Of a stretch of DNA of 64,000 nucleotides, positions 52,901 to 62,232 are shown piece after piece. The DNA lies in NCBI GenBank assembly GCA_037127815.1, contig JBAXXP010000001.1, forward strand, positions 16,936-80,935, given 5' to 3'. This DNA comes from a bacterium. Its GTDB lineage: Bacteria; Patescibacteriota; Minisyncoccia; Phycocordibacterales; CAIZLB01. Numbering within the stretch: the stretch's first letter is position 1; each line of letters begins with the position of its first letter. Both the position numbers and the translations under genes were made by a program. A model generated the notes under the pieces. It was not told the origin of the DNA. It worked only from the letters and a program-made list of their open reading frames with translations, and did no database searches.

Positions 52901-52992
52901 TGGCGGAGACGGAGGGATTCGAACCCTCGGTGCCGTTTAAAGGGCACACCTCTTTAGCAAAGAGGCACGTTAGACCACTCTGACACGTCTCC
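52901..52992 (-). tRNA. tRNA-Ser(GCT)
   Basis: GGAGACG/CGTCTCC, loop TTGCTAA, long variable arm, GCCA end. Confidence 0.93.
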
Positions 52993-53091
52993 AACATCAT
53001 TAAGATAGCACAAAATAGAGTATTTTACTACATGATAATTACGACCAATTCAAGGTTTGACACCATCGGTAATTTAATATATCATTCAAAC

Positions 53092-53364
53092 ATGCATTTG
53101 AATGAATTAGCCAAGTTAATACGCACAGCCGGTGATGAAAGTAGGCTCAAAATCCTATGCATTATTTTTAATAAGAAGAAAATATGCGTATCTGACCTAG
53201 CAGAAGAATTGCATATGGGCATAGCCATCGTATCCCATCACCTTCAAGTCATGTCTCGTGAAGGACTAGTAATCCCTGTACGGGACGGCAAAAGAATTTG
53301 TTACGAGCTTCCCAAAGAAGCATTTATTAAAGACTTAAAAAAATTTATTTGTAAATACAAATAA
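53092..53364 (+). CDS. ArsR/SmtB family regulator
   Basis: GDESRLKIL, CVSDLA, VSHHL, R.GK...Y; TTGACA/TATCAT promoter just upstream. Confidence 0.85.
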   Translation: MHLNELAKLIRTAGDESRLKILCIIFNKKKICVSDLAEELHMGIAIVSHHLQVMSREGLVIPVRDGKRICYELPKEAFIKDLKKFICKYK

Positions 53365-53383
53365 TAGACTAAAAAATTAAAAT

Positions 53384-53626
53384 ATGAATACAACAAATCA
53401 CAAAGTTATAGTTTACGGAACTCAAACATGTCCATACTGTATATACGCAAAAGATTACTTCAATGAAAATAATATCCCCTTTGAAGACATTGATGTAACA
53501 AAGGATCAAGTAAAGGCACAAGAAATGATTACCAAAAGTGGCCAAATGGGAGTACCTGTAATTGATATAGATGGAAACATATTAATTGGATTCCAGCCTG
53601 AGGCTTTTGCAGAACTACTAAAATAG
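53384..53626 (+). CDS. Glutaredoxin/NrdH-like redoxin
   Basis: CPYC, SGQMGVPVI, GF. Confidence 0.9.
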   Translation: MNTTNHKVIVYGTQTCPYCIYAKDYFNENNIPFEDIDVTKDQVKAQEMITKSGQMGVPVIDIDGNILIGFQPEAFAELLK

Positions 53627-53628
53627 CT

Positions 53629-53666
53629 TATTTGGGGTCAGGCACCATGGTGCCTGACCCCAAATA
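53629..53666. repeat. Short palindromic repeat (REP-like) between convergent genes
   Basis: TATTTGGGGTCAGGCACCATGGTGCCTGACCCCAAATA perfect palindrome. Confidence 0.9.
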
Positions 53667-54347
53667 TTATTTCCAATCAATCTCCCTTACTCCACGTTTC
53701 TTAAGATATTTATTTGTCTTACTAAAATGCTTGGTACCAAAGAACCCCTTGTATACTGAGAATGGCGATGGATGCGCTGCCTCAAGTACAAGATGTTTTT
53801 TTGTATCAATTTTTTTACCCTTCTTTTTTGCATAATTTCCCCACAATATAAAAACCAAGCCTTCTCTCTCAGAAGATAACTTTTCAATTACAAAATCTGT
53901 AAATTCCTCCCACCCCTTTTTCTGATGTGACCCTGGAGCATGCGAACCAACAGTTAATGTCGCATTCAAAAGAAGCACCCCTTGTTTTGCCCATCTAGAT
54001 AAATCTCCACTTTTCTGTGGAACTATATGTAAATCGTTCTCAATTTCTTTATAAATATTTTTTAACGATGGAGGTGGCGTAACCCCATCGTTAACAGAGA
54101 AGCACAGCCCATTTGCCTGATTTGGACCATGATATGGATCCTGACCAATAATCACCACTTTCACATTCTCAAACGAACATAAATTGAAGGCTCTAAAGAT
54201 GTTTTGTTTTGCTGGATAAGTTTCAACTCCACCCTTCAAATACTCTCCATGAACAAAACTAGATAAAGCCTTAAAATACGGCTTTTTAAACTCACCCAAA
54301 AGAACCTTCTTCCAGGAATCTTCAATTTTGACTTCCTTATCAAACAT
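53667..54347 (-). CDS. ung: Uracil-DNA glycosylase family 1
   Basis: GQDPYH, GLCFSV, PPSL.NI, GVLLLN, HPSP. Confidence 0.96.
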   Translation of the reverse strand: MFDKEVKIEDSWKKVLLGEFKKPYFKALSSFVHGEYLKGGVETYPAKQNIFRAFNLCSFENVKVVIIGQDPYHGPNQANGLCFSVNDGVTPPPSLKNIYKEIENDLHIVPQKSGDLSRWAKQGVLLLNATLTVGSHAPGSHQKKGWEEFTDFVIEKLSSEREGLVFILWGNYAKKKGKKIDTKKHLVLEAAHPSPFSVYKGFFGTKHFSKTNKYLKKRGVREIDWK

Positions 54348-54427
54348 TAGCTGTATTATAGGTAAAAAGGCAAAAAATTCAAATAAGTTTGAAATATCTC
54401 AAAAATAAGATATACTGCCACATACAA

Positions 54428-54514
54428 GGAGGATTGGATGAGCGGCTTAAATCAACAGTTTACTAAACTGTCGGCTTGGAAACAGGCCCGTGAGTTCGAA
54501 TCTCACATCCTCCG
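54428..54514 (+). tRNA. tRNA-Ser(ACT), rare A34 anticodon
   Basis: GGAGGAT/ATCCTCC acceptor, G73, ACAGT-TTACTAA-ACTGT, long variable arm, T-loop TTCGAAT. Confidence 0.85.
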
Positions 54515-54611
54515 CAAAATAATGGGCATAGCCCATATATTTTGCGAGAGTGCAGAATAGGTTGCGAAGCGACCGTAATTCTGCCTCCGCAAGTCATATT
54601 ACCCTTAAAAT

Positions 54612-54639
54612 TTGACACCCTCTGTATCTTTGTTAAACT
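54612..54639 (+). promoter_or_regulatory. Sigma70 promoter antisense to the PemK remnant
   Basis: TTGACA 54612-54617, 16 nt, TGn-TAAACT 54634-54639. Confidence 0.75.
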
Positions 54640-54643
54640 ATAG

Positions 54644-54705
54644 GTACAAATAGACTTTTAGTCGCAACCCCAAGCTTTTCCAAGAAGCTTGGGGATTAAA
54701 TTTAC
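54644..54705 (+). ncRNA. Putative antisense small RNA, copy 2 (3' end unknown)
   Basis: GTACAAAT, GACT-TTT-AGTC, CCCCAAGCTT-TTCCAAG-AAGCTTGGGG. Confidence 0.55.
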
Positions 54706-54783
54706 AACATTTTCTATAATCTTATTATATTCAGAAGTATTTAGCCTACCCATTCTTAAGCCTAATCTTTTTGCATCATATAG
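54658..54783 (-). pseudogene. C-terminal remnant of a PemK/MazF-family toxin gene
   Basis: Translates LYDAKRLGLRMGRLNTSEYNKIIENVVNLIPKLLGKAWGCD*, colinear with LYDSRRLGPRIGKLDKIGYNDVIKNIVNFIPKPLVETWGSD* of 56296-56712. Confidence 0.88.
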
Positions 54784-54880
54784 CGCGGCAGAGACACCTG
54801 AAAAATAAAAAACCCACCCAATAGCTGACCCCTAGGCCTAAAACTATTGTGTGGGTTATTTTTATGTCAACCTTCCCCAA

Positions 54881-55159
54881 CTAGCGAGTCAACACTCCAG
54901 TCCGATGAAACCAATTCAATAGCATTGCTGTTAACCATCCAACCACATACCCAACAATGAATGTAAATATAATCAAAGTCAGAGCGATACTAAATGAAAA
55001 TGGCTGTACCTGAAATGGATTGTTAACAAAATGTAATCCAAATATCCAATCCATATAAATCTGGGCCCATCCGATAAGCACAAAAAGACTCCAACATAAG
55101 TGAAATCCTCCCATTATACTTCCTGTAGCTAGACCTACTTTATTTTTATTAAGATTCAT
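54881..55159 (-). CDS. Small membrane protein
   Basis: 92 aa, two hydrophobic segments, H..WS..V..G.AQ..DWIF.LHF. Confidence 0.7.
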   Translation of the reverse strand: MNLNKNKVGLATGSIMGGFHLCWSLFVLIGWAQIYMDWIFGLHFVNNPFQVQPFSFSIALTLIIFTFIVGYVVGWLTAMLLNWFHRTGVLTR

Positions 55160-55164
55160 GAGTG

Positions 55165-55587
55165 TTATTTATTAAGTTTTATTTTTACTGATTTCTCCTT
55201 TGACCCCTCAACAACGGGCATCGTAACCACAAGTACACCATCCTTATATTCCGCTTCTGTCTTAGAAGAATCTACAGCTTTTGGTAGTCTTACAGATCGA
55301 GAAAAGGAACCCCTCTTTATCTCCTTACTGTAGTAATCCTTTTTATCAACCTCCTTTTCTTCCTCCCTGCTGCCAGAAATTGTTAACATGTCATCCTCCA
55401 GTGAAATATCAAGTTCGTCAGACTTAATTCCAGGCAAGCTCATTTTTGCAATAACTTTATCTTTTTCTTCGTAAATATCGACAGCAAGATCCATACCCAA
55501 TTTAGGCATAACCGGAAAAGATGGGAAAATGCGATCATCAAAAAATTTATCTACCTCACCAAATGGTTCCCATTTAATTATTTGCAT
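55165..55587 (-). CDS. Hsp20/alpha-crystallin chaperone
   Basis: AVDIYE, LPG, LTISG.R, GSF.R...LP, A.YKDGVL.V.MP. Confidence 0.92.
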   Translation of the reverse strand: MQIIKWEPFGEVDKFFDDRIFPSFPVMPKLGMDLAVDIYEEKDKVIAKMSLPGIKSDELDISLEDDMLTISGSREEEKEVDKKDYYSKEIKRGSFSRSVRLPKAVDSSKTEAEYKDGVLVVTMPVVEGSKEKSVKIKLNK

Positions 55588-55722
55588 AATATTAATTATT
55601 TTAATCGTTCCACTAATATAATATACTATCGCTCTAGGCAATTGATGATCGACCTATATATGGTAATTATCTCGCACTGCAAAAAAAAAGCAAACTATGC
55701 ATAAATAATGTATAGTTTAAAT

Positions 55723-56241
55723 ATGAAAAAATTGCTTTATACAGAAGCTGGGCCAAATGGAACTGCATACAAAAAAGGAGAATGGGAGAAGTTTGCCATA
55801 CACAATGAAAATGAAATAAAGGGCTTTTTTGGCGAATACAGATTTCTGAGTAATTTCTGGCCAGCAAAAGTATTTCTAGATAATGTAGAGTATTCAAGCG
55901 TAGAACTTGCATATCAGGCGGCAAAATGGAAACCTGAGTCCAGACAATTTTTCTCTACATGTACAGAATTAGATTCAATAGATTTCAATAGACAAAATAT
56001 ACCAGATGGATACCCTACAGCTATATGGGATTCAATAAAACTATCTATAATGGAAGATTTAGTTAAGCAAAAATTTGACCCAAAAATTAATCCTGAGAAT
56101 TATCAAAAACTCCAATCTACAAACAACAAACATCTTGAAGAAATGAATTGGTGGGGTGACATATTTTGGGGAACAACAGAAAATGGAGATGGAGAAAATA
56201 ATCTCGGTAAACTACTAATGGCAGTACGCAAAAATATCTAA
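55723..56241 (+). CDS. NADAR family (YbiA-like) N-glycosidase
   Basis: FLSNFW, SVE.AYQAAK, KF, D.FWG, GENNLGKLLMAVR. Confidence 0.88.
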   Translation: MKKLLYTEAGPNGTAYKKGEWEKFAIHNENEIKGFFGEYRFLSNFWPAKVFLDNVEYSSVELAYQAAKWKPESRQFFSTCTELDSIDFNRQNIPDGYPTAIWDSIKLSIMEDLVKQKFDPKINPENYQKLQSTNNKHLEEMNWWGDIFWGTTENGDGENNLGKLLMAVRKNI

Positions 56242-56249
56242 CTGTGTAT

Positions 56250-56277
56250 TTGACATCCTTGTTTGATTTGATAGAAT
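56250..56277 (+). promoter_or_regulatory. Sigma70 promoter antisense to PemK copy 3
   Basis: TTGACA 56250-56255, 16 nt, TGn-TAGAAT 56272-56277. Confidence 0.75.
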
Positions 56278-56281
56278 TCAA

Positions 56282-56343
56282 ATACAAATCGACGCTTAGT
56301 CGCTACCCCAAGTCTCCACCAGAGGCTTGGGGATAAAATTTAC
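56282..56343 (+). ncRNA. Putative antisense small RNA, copy 3 (3' end unknown)
   Basis: ATACAAAT, CGAC-GCTTA-GTCG, CCCCAAGTCT-CCACCAG-AGGCTTGGGG. Confidence 0.55.
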
Positions 56344-56712
56344 TATATTTTTAATAACATCGTTATACCCTATTTTATCCAGCTTTCCAATTCTAGGACC
56401 TAGCCTTCTACTATCATAAAGCCTTATATGAGAAATCATTACTGATCTAGTCACTGATTTTAATTGGACTTTAATATAATACTTATTATCCTTATTTTGA
56501 CTAGTCAAAGGAATACCCAAAAATAAATTTCTATTAAACTTTTTAAACACCAAAACGGGTCGTGAAAAAGTATCGCTTTTCCCGTTCTCTTCATCACCTA
56601 TGTTTACTCCAATTGAACACCAAAAAACATCCCTTTCTTTAATTGAAGGAAATCTTAATCTGACATCTAAACCACTCTTTTTCACAGACCATTTTTCGAA
56701 GTCTTTTTCCAC
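56296..56712 (-). CDS. PemK/MazF-family endoribonuclease toxin, no adjacent protein antitoxin
   Basis: RDVFWCSIGVNIGDEENGK...RPVLV, IPLTS, SHIRLYDSRRL; paralogue of 22256-22675. Confidence 0.85.
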   Translation of the reverse strand: MEKDFEKWSVKKSGLDVRLRFPSIKERDVFWCSIGVNIGDEENGKSDTFSRPVLVFKKFNRNLFLGIPLTSQNKDNKYYIKVQLKSVTRSVMISHIRLYDSRRLGPRIGKLDKIGYNDVIKNIVNFIPKPLVETWGSD

Positions 56713-56783
56713 TAATTAATTTTAGCAAAATCACATGAGTTTTTGATAAATAAATTCTAAAGAAAAACGAAACAAAATAATTA

Positions 56784-57188
56784 CTAGGAAAGCTTGGATG
56801 TACAGAAAGCACACCTTGTTGCCTCTTTTGGAATCTCACTCAAACATTCCGGGCATTCCTTCTTTTTTGGTTCCAACTTTTTCAAATCGCGCTTAGCTCT
56901 TGCGATTAATATATTTATTGGAGTTAGAACAAAAAAATAAACAGAGAAAACGATTATGAAAAATGACATTAGTGAATTTATGAAGTCTCCAACCATAAAT
57001 TTACTGTCGTTGATTGTAAAGAAGATGCTTGAAAAATCAGGAGACTTAACCACAGCCCCAATCAAAGGAGTAATCAAGTCCTTAACAATAGCTTCCACAA
57101 TCTTACTGAAAGCAGCTCCAACAGCAACTCCAACTGCCAAAGTAATCATGTTATCTCTTAATATAAATTCTTTAAATCCTTTTATCAT
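56784..57188 (-). CDS. mscL: Large-conductance mechanosensitive channel with C-terminal Zn-ribbon
   Basis: GFKEFI, LAVGV.VG.AF..IV...V.DLITP, G.FIN, CPEC..RCAFC. Confidence 0.88.
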   Translation of the reverse strand: MIKGFKEFILRDNMITLAVGVAVGAAFSKIVEAIVKDLITPLIGAVVKSPDFSSIFFTINDSKFMVGDFINSLMSFFIIVFSVYFFVLTPINILIARAKRDLKKLEPKKKECPECLSEIPKEATRCAFCTSKLS

Positions 57189-57262
57189 ATTTTTTTATTA
57201 TATTCCTATTCTATCCTTAAACAGAATAACGTCAACTTTTAGCTCCCTATTATTTGCAGATA

Positions 57263-57706
57263 TTAATTGAAATCTACTTCAAATCTATACATTCCCATTC
57301 CACATGTTCCATTTAGTATACCGGCAGCTTGGCTTCCAACATCAATATCCGTTGAACCAGTTTGTGGTAATATTTGATTAACATTCAAACTTGCAATTCT
57401 TATAGACGAGGAGCAATCAAATGTACCTCTAGTTTTGAATCTTATACTAGTTGGAATACCAGCCTTAGCTATACTCTTACTAGGATTATATCCACCCCTA
57501 ACATCAATTTCAATAATTTGCTTTCCATCTACCACCGTGACATTACTCGCGTTACTATCTGTTTCTCCTGTTCCATTCACACCCCCAGTAATTCCAGACG
57601 CCCCATTGTTTCCACTCGATGAAACTATGAATGCCACTATAATTAAAAGTAAGGCAAATATTACTGCTGCTATGGTTGTTTTCATATATTGTGTTTTATC
57701 GGACAT
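57263..57706 (-). CDS. Cupredoxin-domain membrane-anchored protein
   Basis: GGYNP, DCSS, CGMGMY; in copper operon. Confidence 0.8.
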   Translation of the reverse strand: MSDKTQYMKTTIAAVIFALLLIIVAFIVSSSGNNGASGITGGVNGTGETDSNASNVTVVDGKQIIEIDVRGGYNPSKSIAKAGIPTSIRFKTRGTFDCSSSIRIASLNVNQILPQTGSTDIDVGSQAAGILNGTCGMGMYRFEVDFN

Positions 57707-57711
57707 AAAGA

Positions 57712-58839
57712 TTAAAAATTAAAGATTGGTGAAATAAACCCAATCGCCACCAAGCTATTTATTAAATTGAAGATAGCAAACATAATTACAATAAGACCAG
57801 CCGTCTTAAAGAATATCCCCTGTTTTGTGCTATTTTTTATACTAAATGAACTAAAGCTAATAAGTGCGAGAACTGGAAGCGTACCTAACGCAAAGGAAAG
57901 CATTGTTAAGGTACCGCCCATAAAACTACCTGTTGTTAAACTATATAATTGCATTGACTGAGTAAATCCACAAGGTAAAAAGAAAGTTGCAATACCTACG
58001 AGTAATGGAGTTAAGGTGTGATTTAATTTTGATACGCCGTGCGCTCTCTGTGAAATAAATCTTGGCATCCCCGGTTGTAGTTTTTTAGCCCAAGGAAAAA
58101 CATCGAGCAAATTTATACCTAAGATGAACATTACAACGGCTATCAATATTCCGAGAATAAATGTTGCATAAGCACTTAATGTAAATGCACTTCCTACAGC
58201 ACCAATTACTCCACCCAAAATAAAGAACGATATCAAACGCCCTCCATGAAACATTATTTGAGGTTTAATTCTATCTCCTTCTTTTGCAAAAGTAGCAGAC
58301 ATTGAAAGTAATAGACCACCAACAACTGCCATACATGATGAAAGTGATGCAATTATTCCGACTACAAACGATGTACCATATGTCACATTTCCTCCGCCAA
58401 CAAGATTTATAAGGCCAACTTTTTGAAGTAGTAAAAATAAAATTAGAAAACCAAGTGCGACAGGACCTGCGATTTTAAAATCAGACCATTTTGAAACGCT
58501 TGCTCCTTTTGTGTGCTGAGAATTCAGAACACCTCCATCTTTAGACCCAAACACTTCTTTATGTTCCTCTCCAGAAGAAATTTTATATCCATGCTTTTCT
58601 ACAAGTAACGACAACTCTTTTGCAATATCTTCCTCACTCTTACCTTTGAAATTTCCAATCACTTCAACACATCCCCCACCTAAATTTGCTACAGCTTTTT
58701 CCACCATTGCATGATCATTTAATTCAGTTTCAGTTAGAAGTACACAGGCGTTACAATGCATTCCCTTGATAAAGAATTTATATTTTTTAGACCCATCTAT
58801 TTCTTCCTGCATTCTACCCGTATTATTTTGATTATGCAT
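57712..58839 (-). CDS. HMA domain plus TauE/DsbD-like membrane protein
   Basis: GMHCNAC, SSCMAVVGG, GRLISF, FLPCGFTQ, FALGTLP. Confidence 0.82.
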   Translation of the reverse strand: MHNQNNTGRMQEEIDGSKKYKFFIKGMHCNACVLLTETELNDHAMVEKAVANLGGGCVEVIGNFKGKSEEDIAKELSLLVEKHGYKISSGEEHKEVFGSKDGGVLNSQHTKGASVSKWSDFKIAGPVALGFLILFLLLQKVGLINLVGGGNVTYGTSFVVGIIASLSSCMAVVGGLLLSMSATFAKEGDRIKPQIMFHGGRLISFFILGGVIGAVGSAFTLSAYATFILGILIAVVMFILGINLLDVFPWAKKLQPGMPRFISQRAHGVSKLNHTLTPLLVGIATFFLPCGFTQSMQLYSLTTGSFMGGTLTMLSFALGTLPVLALISFSSFSIKNSTKQGIFFKTAGLIVIMFAIFNLINSLVAIGFISPIFNF

Positions 58840-58840
58840 A

Positions 58841-61198
58841 TTATTTTAATTTTTTAGTTTCAAGTCTTAGTGAGTTTGTCACAACAGAAACACTACTTCC
58901 GGCCATTGCCAATCCTGCGAAAACGGGATTCAGAGTTATACCCCATATTGGATACAGTAACCCAGCAGCTACAGGAATTCCAATTATATTATAAATAAAT
59001 GCCCAGAAAAGATTTTGCTTTATTGTTCTCATTGTAGTTTGAGAAAGATCAAACGCCTGTGACAGTTTATTTAAGTCCCCATGTAAAAGCGTAATGCCAG
59101 ATGACTCAATAGCAACATCAGTTCCTGTAGCCATAGCGATTCCAACATCAGCTTGAACCAAAGCCGGAGCATCATTAATTCCGTCTCCCACCATTGCTAC
59201 TTTTTTACCTTCTGCCTGAAGCTCTTTAATTTTTCCAGCCTTCTCAGCAGGTAATACTTCTGAAATCACATTATCGATATTTGCTTGCTTGGCAATATAC
59301 ATTGCTGCCAAATGATTATCTCCGGTAAGCATCACTACTTTGATTCCACGCTTATGAAGTTTTGAAATCGCCTCCACTGACTCTTCTTTTAGAGTATCGC
59401 TAAGTGCAATTAATCCAATTTTTTGCGAATCAATCTCCACAATAACCACGGTCTTACCTTGTTCTTGTAATTCTTTTATCTTTTCGATTTCTTGCCCTCT
59501 ACCAACATGACTTATCTCATTTAAATTTGGTTTGTGAACATAAATAATTTTCCCCTCACCTTCTCCTCTCACACCAACTCCTTCAAGTGCAATAAAATTT
59601 TCTATCTTAATAAGAGTAATATTTTTTTCAATTGATTTATTAACGATAGCTTCAGCAAGAGGGTGTTCTGAAAGTTTTTCAACACTGGCTGCAAATTGCA
59701 AAATATGATCATCGCTGAATTCCTCATGCAAAATAATAACATCAGTTACTTCTGGCTTTCCTTTTGTAATTGTTCCTGTCTTATCAAGTACCACCGTATC
59801 AACATTACTTAATTTCTCAAGAGCCTCAGCATCCTTAATCAGGATTCCGTATTCAGCCCCCTTCCCAACCCCAACAATGATTGCTGTTGGAGTTGCAAGT
59901 CCTAGGGCACATGGGCAAGCAATAACTAATATTCCAACAAAAGCTAAAATTCCAAAAGAAAGTGCCGACGAGAAACCAAGAAACATTGTTCCAACAGTTA
60001 GCCATACAGCAAGAGTGAGTATTGATACACCAAGAACAATAGGAACAAATACTGCAGATATTTTATCAGCAAGCGCTTGTATGGGTGCTTTGGAGCCCTG
60101 TGCCTCCTCTACCATTCTAATAATTTGTGACAAAAGTGTGTCTGCGCCAACTTTTGTGGCAATAAATTTAAAATTACCTTGTTTGTTAATCGTTGCACCA
60201 ACAACCAAATCTCCAACTTTTTTTTCAGCAGGAATAGACTCCCCAGTAATCATAGATTCATCTACGCTAGACACACCTTCAATTATTTTCCCATCAACTG
60301 GAATTTTTGCTCCGGGTTTCACGATAACGATATCTCCAATCTGCACTTCATTTATAGATACTTCAACTTCAATTCCATCTTTTAAGACAAGAGCTATCTT
60401 TGCCTGCAGTCCAATTAATTTTTCTATTGCCTCTCCTGTTTGAAGTTTAGATTTTGCTTCAAGATATTTTCCAAATATTACAAAACCAATTACAACAATC
60501 GTAACATCAAAATATGTATATTCTGGAAGTTGCAACGCAAAAGCGGCTTGAGGAAATAGAGTTATAAAAATACTGTAAATGTATGCAGTTAATGTTCCAA
60601 TACCAATAAGCGTATCCATATTTGCAACCCTGTATTTTATGAATCTAATAACCCCTTGCAGGAATGGTTGTCCAATCCAAAAAAGAACTATTGTTCCAAG
60701 TATCATTGTAATTGAATTAAACAATGACATTGAAATAGGTACCTCTGAAATGTACGATGAAAGCAAAGTCTTCATCAAGATATTCCACACCATGACAATA
60801 AATACTAAAATAGCCACGGGCAAAACAAACCAAATTTTATACCTCATCTCTGACAGCTCCTTATTTTTTTCTTCTTTTGATTGTCCAATACCTGTGTGAA
60901 CACGATGTTCCTCCTCACTCATATTCTCCATACCTGGTCCCATACCATGATCTTCTACACGACTCATACCGTGAATTGCACTTTCATTTTCACCACTAAG
61001 TGTATAGCCGAGTTTTTCTATTTCATTATTCATTCTTTCTATTGATGTTTTTTCTGGATCAAATTCAACTACCGCTTTTTCAGTTGCAATGTTAACATTG
61101 ACGTCCCCCACCCCATCTAATGTACCAATCTTTTTTGAAATTATTGCAGCACAACTAGCGCAATGCATACCTTTGATTTTTAATATTTGTTTTCTCAT
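58841..61198 (-). CDS. copA: Cu(I)-translocating P1B-type ATPase
   Basis: GMHCASC, TGES, CPCALG, DKTGT, SEHPL, GDGIND, YN, MAGSS. Confidence 0.93.
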   Translation of the reverse strand: MRKQILKIKGMHCASCAAIISKKIGTLDGVGDVNVNIATEKAVVEFDPEKTSIERMNNEIEKLGYTLSGENESAIHGMSRVEDHGMGPGMENMSEEEHRVHTGIGQSKEEKNKELSEMRYKIWFVLPVAILVFIVMVWNILMKTLLSSYISEVPISMSLFNSITMILGTIVLFWIGQPFLQGVIRFIKYRVANMDTLIGIGTLTAYIYSIFITLFPQAAFALQLPEYTYFDVTIVVIGFVIFGKYLEAKSKLQTGEAIEKLIGLQAKIALVLKDGIEVEVSINEVQIGDIVIVKPGAKIPVDGKIIEGVSSVDESMITGESIPAEKKVGDLVVGATINKQGNFKFIATKVGADTLLSQIIRMVEEAQGSKAPIQALADKISAVFVPIVLGVSILTLAVWLTVGTMFLGFSSALSFGILAFVGILVIACPCALGLATPTAIIVGVGKGAEYGILIKDAEALEKLSNVDTVVLDKTGTITKGKPEVTDVIILHEEFSDDHILQFAASVEKLSEHPLAEAIVNKSIEKNITLIKIENFIALEGVGVRGEGEGKIIYVHKPNLNEISHVGRGQEIEKIKELQEQGKTVVIVEIDSQKIGLIALSDTLKEESVEAISKLHKRGIKVVMLTGDNHLAAMYIAKQANIDNVISEVLPAEKAGKIKELQAEGKKVAMVGDGINDAPALVQADVGIAMATGTDVAIESSGITLLHGDLNKLSQAFDLSQTTMRTIKQNLFWAFIYNIIGIPVAAGLLYPIWGITLNPVFAGLAMAGSSVSVVTNSLRLETKKLK

Positions 61199-61222
61199 GT
61201 TTATATATAGTGAATTTTGAAT

Positions 61223-61275
61223 TTTGGGGTCAGGCGATTTTGGTCGTAGACCTAAGTCGTGTGCCTGACCCCAAA
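61223..61275 (+). repeat. Long (53 bp) variant of the TTTGGGGTCAGGC palindromic repeat
   Basis: TTTGGGGTCAGGC-GATTTTGGTCGTAGACCTAAGTCGTGT-GCCTGACCCCAAA. Confidence 0.88.
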
Positions 61276-61279
61276 ACTT

Positions 61280-61570
61280 TTATTTTCTCTTAAGCTTATA
61301 TACTTTTAGAATCTCAGCTTTTGCCTTTTCTGTTTGACCTTGTGCAACCTGCCTAAGAACACAATGTCCCAAATGATGCTCTAAAAGAAGATCTTCAACG
61401 TTAGATAGACCTTGTTTTGCAGCTGAAGTCTGAGTAATTACATCGATGCAATATGTATCGTTTTCGATCATTTGATATAACCCTCTGATTTGACCTTCTA
61501 TTAATTTTAGACGGCGCAGAATTTTATCTTTCTTTTCATCTTTCTTGATATCTGTTTTTACTGATTTCAT
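61280..61570 (-). CDS. csoR: Copper-sensing repressor, CsoR family
   Basis: RLK.IEGQIRGL, YC.D..TQ, HL.HC. Confidence 0.9.
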   Translation of the reverse strand: MKSVKTDIKKDEKKDKILRRLKLIEGQIRGLYQMIENDTYCIDVITQTSAAKQGLSNVEDLLLEHHLGHCVLRQVAQGQTEKAKAEILKVYKLKRK

Positions 61571-61577
61571 ATTTCAT

Positions 61578-61606
61578 ATTTTATACCCCCTAGGGGGTAT
61601 AGTCAA
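61578..61606 (-). promoter_or_regulatory. csoR-copA promoter with CsoR-type operator
   Basis: Palindrome TATACCCCCTAGGGGGTATA (61582-61601) between TTGACT and TAAAAT. Confidence 0.88.
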
Positions 61607-61709
61607 TTACCTATAACTAGATCCTTCTAAAATCATAAGTTTGGTATTTCTTTATATTTTCTTTATAAACACAGGTCCTGCTGGATATGGTAAACTTAGG
61701 TACATAGAC

Positions 61710-62225
61710 ATGAAAAAAGAACCAAAAACAATAGCAGTAAATGACAAAATGCAGAAGAACTATACATATGCATTGGTTGAACCTGTTGGTAAAAATTTTG
61801 ACCCTATCTTCAAGCCTCAACTTACACCTAAAGAAATGCTTGAACTGGGTGTTTTTGGTGGAAAGTACATGACAGACTGTGGTAAGGAGTTTCCTAAGGA
61901 CTGGTACAAAGAAGCAAAACTCTCCCCTCTCAAATACGATGCCAAAATTAATTATTTTAAAACAAGAGCAAGTCAACCACTTTCTGTTTGGCGTGCCAAG
62001 GGATGGATTTATAAAGAAGATCCAAGAGGTTGGTTTCAATGGTATTGCAGATATTATATGGGGAGAAGGATTCCTGCTGAAGATAAAAGACAAATAAAAA
62101 GATGGTTTAATATGAGACGTCATGTTTCTCAAATAGTTAACAATTGTAGAACAGCAGATTTTAGCTGTCACACCAGACAGAGGCAAGCAGTTCTTCACTG
62201 GGCATATGATAGTAGAAAATTTTAA
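61710..62225 (+). CDS. Hypothetical protein of unknown function
   Basis: LTPKEML.LGVFGG.Y, DPRGWFQWYCRYY.GRR, RQAVLHWA. Confidence 0.75.
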   Translation: MKKEPKTIAVNDKMQKNYTYALVEPVGKNFDPIFKPQLTPKEMLELGVFGGKYMTDCGKEFPKDWYKEAKLSPLKYDAKINYFKTRASQPLSVWRAKGWIYKEDPRGWFQWYCRYYMGRRIPAEDKRQIKRWFNMRRHVSQIVNNCRTADFSCHTRQRQAVLHWAYDSRKF

Positions 62226-62232
62226 ATAAAAA

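Noticed and set aside
52899-53000. N-terminal extension of ORF 52470..53000
   Set aside because: It is read through tRNA-Ser(GCT); family similarity begins at ATG 52898
54668-54694. PemK-associated GC hairpins as simple terminators of the toxin genes
   Set aside because: They lie within or across the end of the coding sequence, have no adjacent U-tract, and do not explain the conserved promoter and TACAAAT box
55723-56241. NADAR as a DarT antitoxin or as the PemK antitoxin
   Set aside because: No ADP-ribosyltransferase gene nearby; it is convergent to PemK and absent at the other two PemK loci
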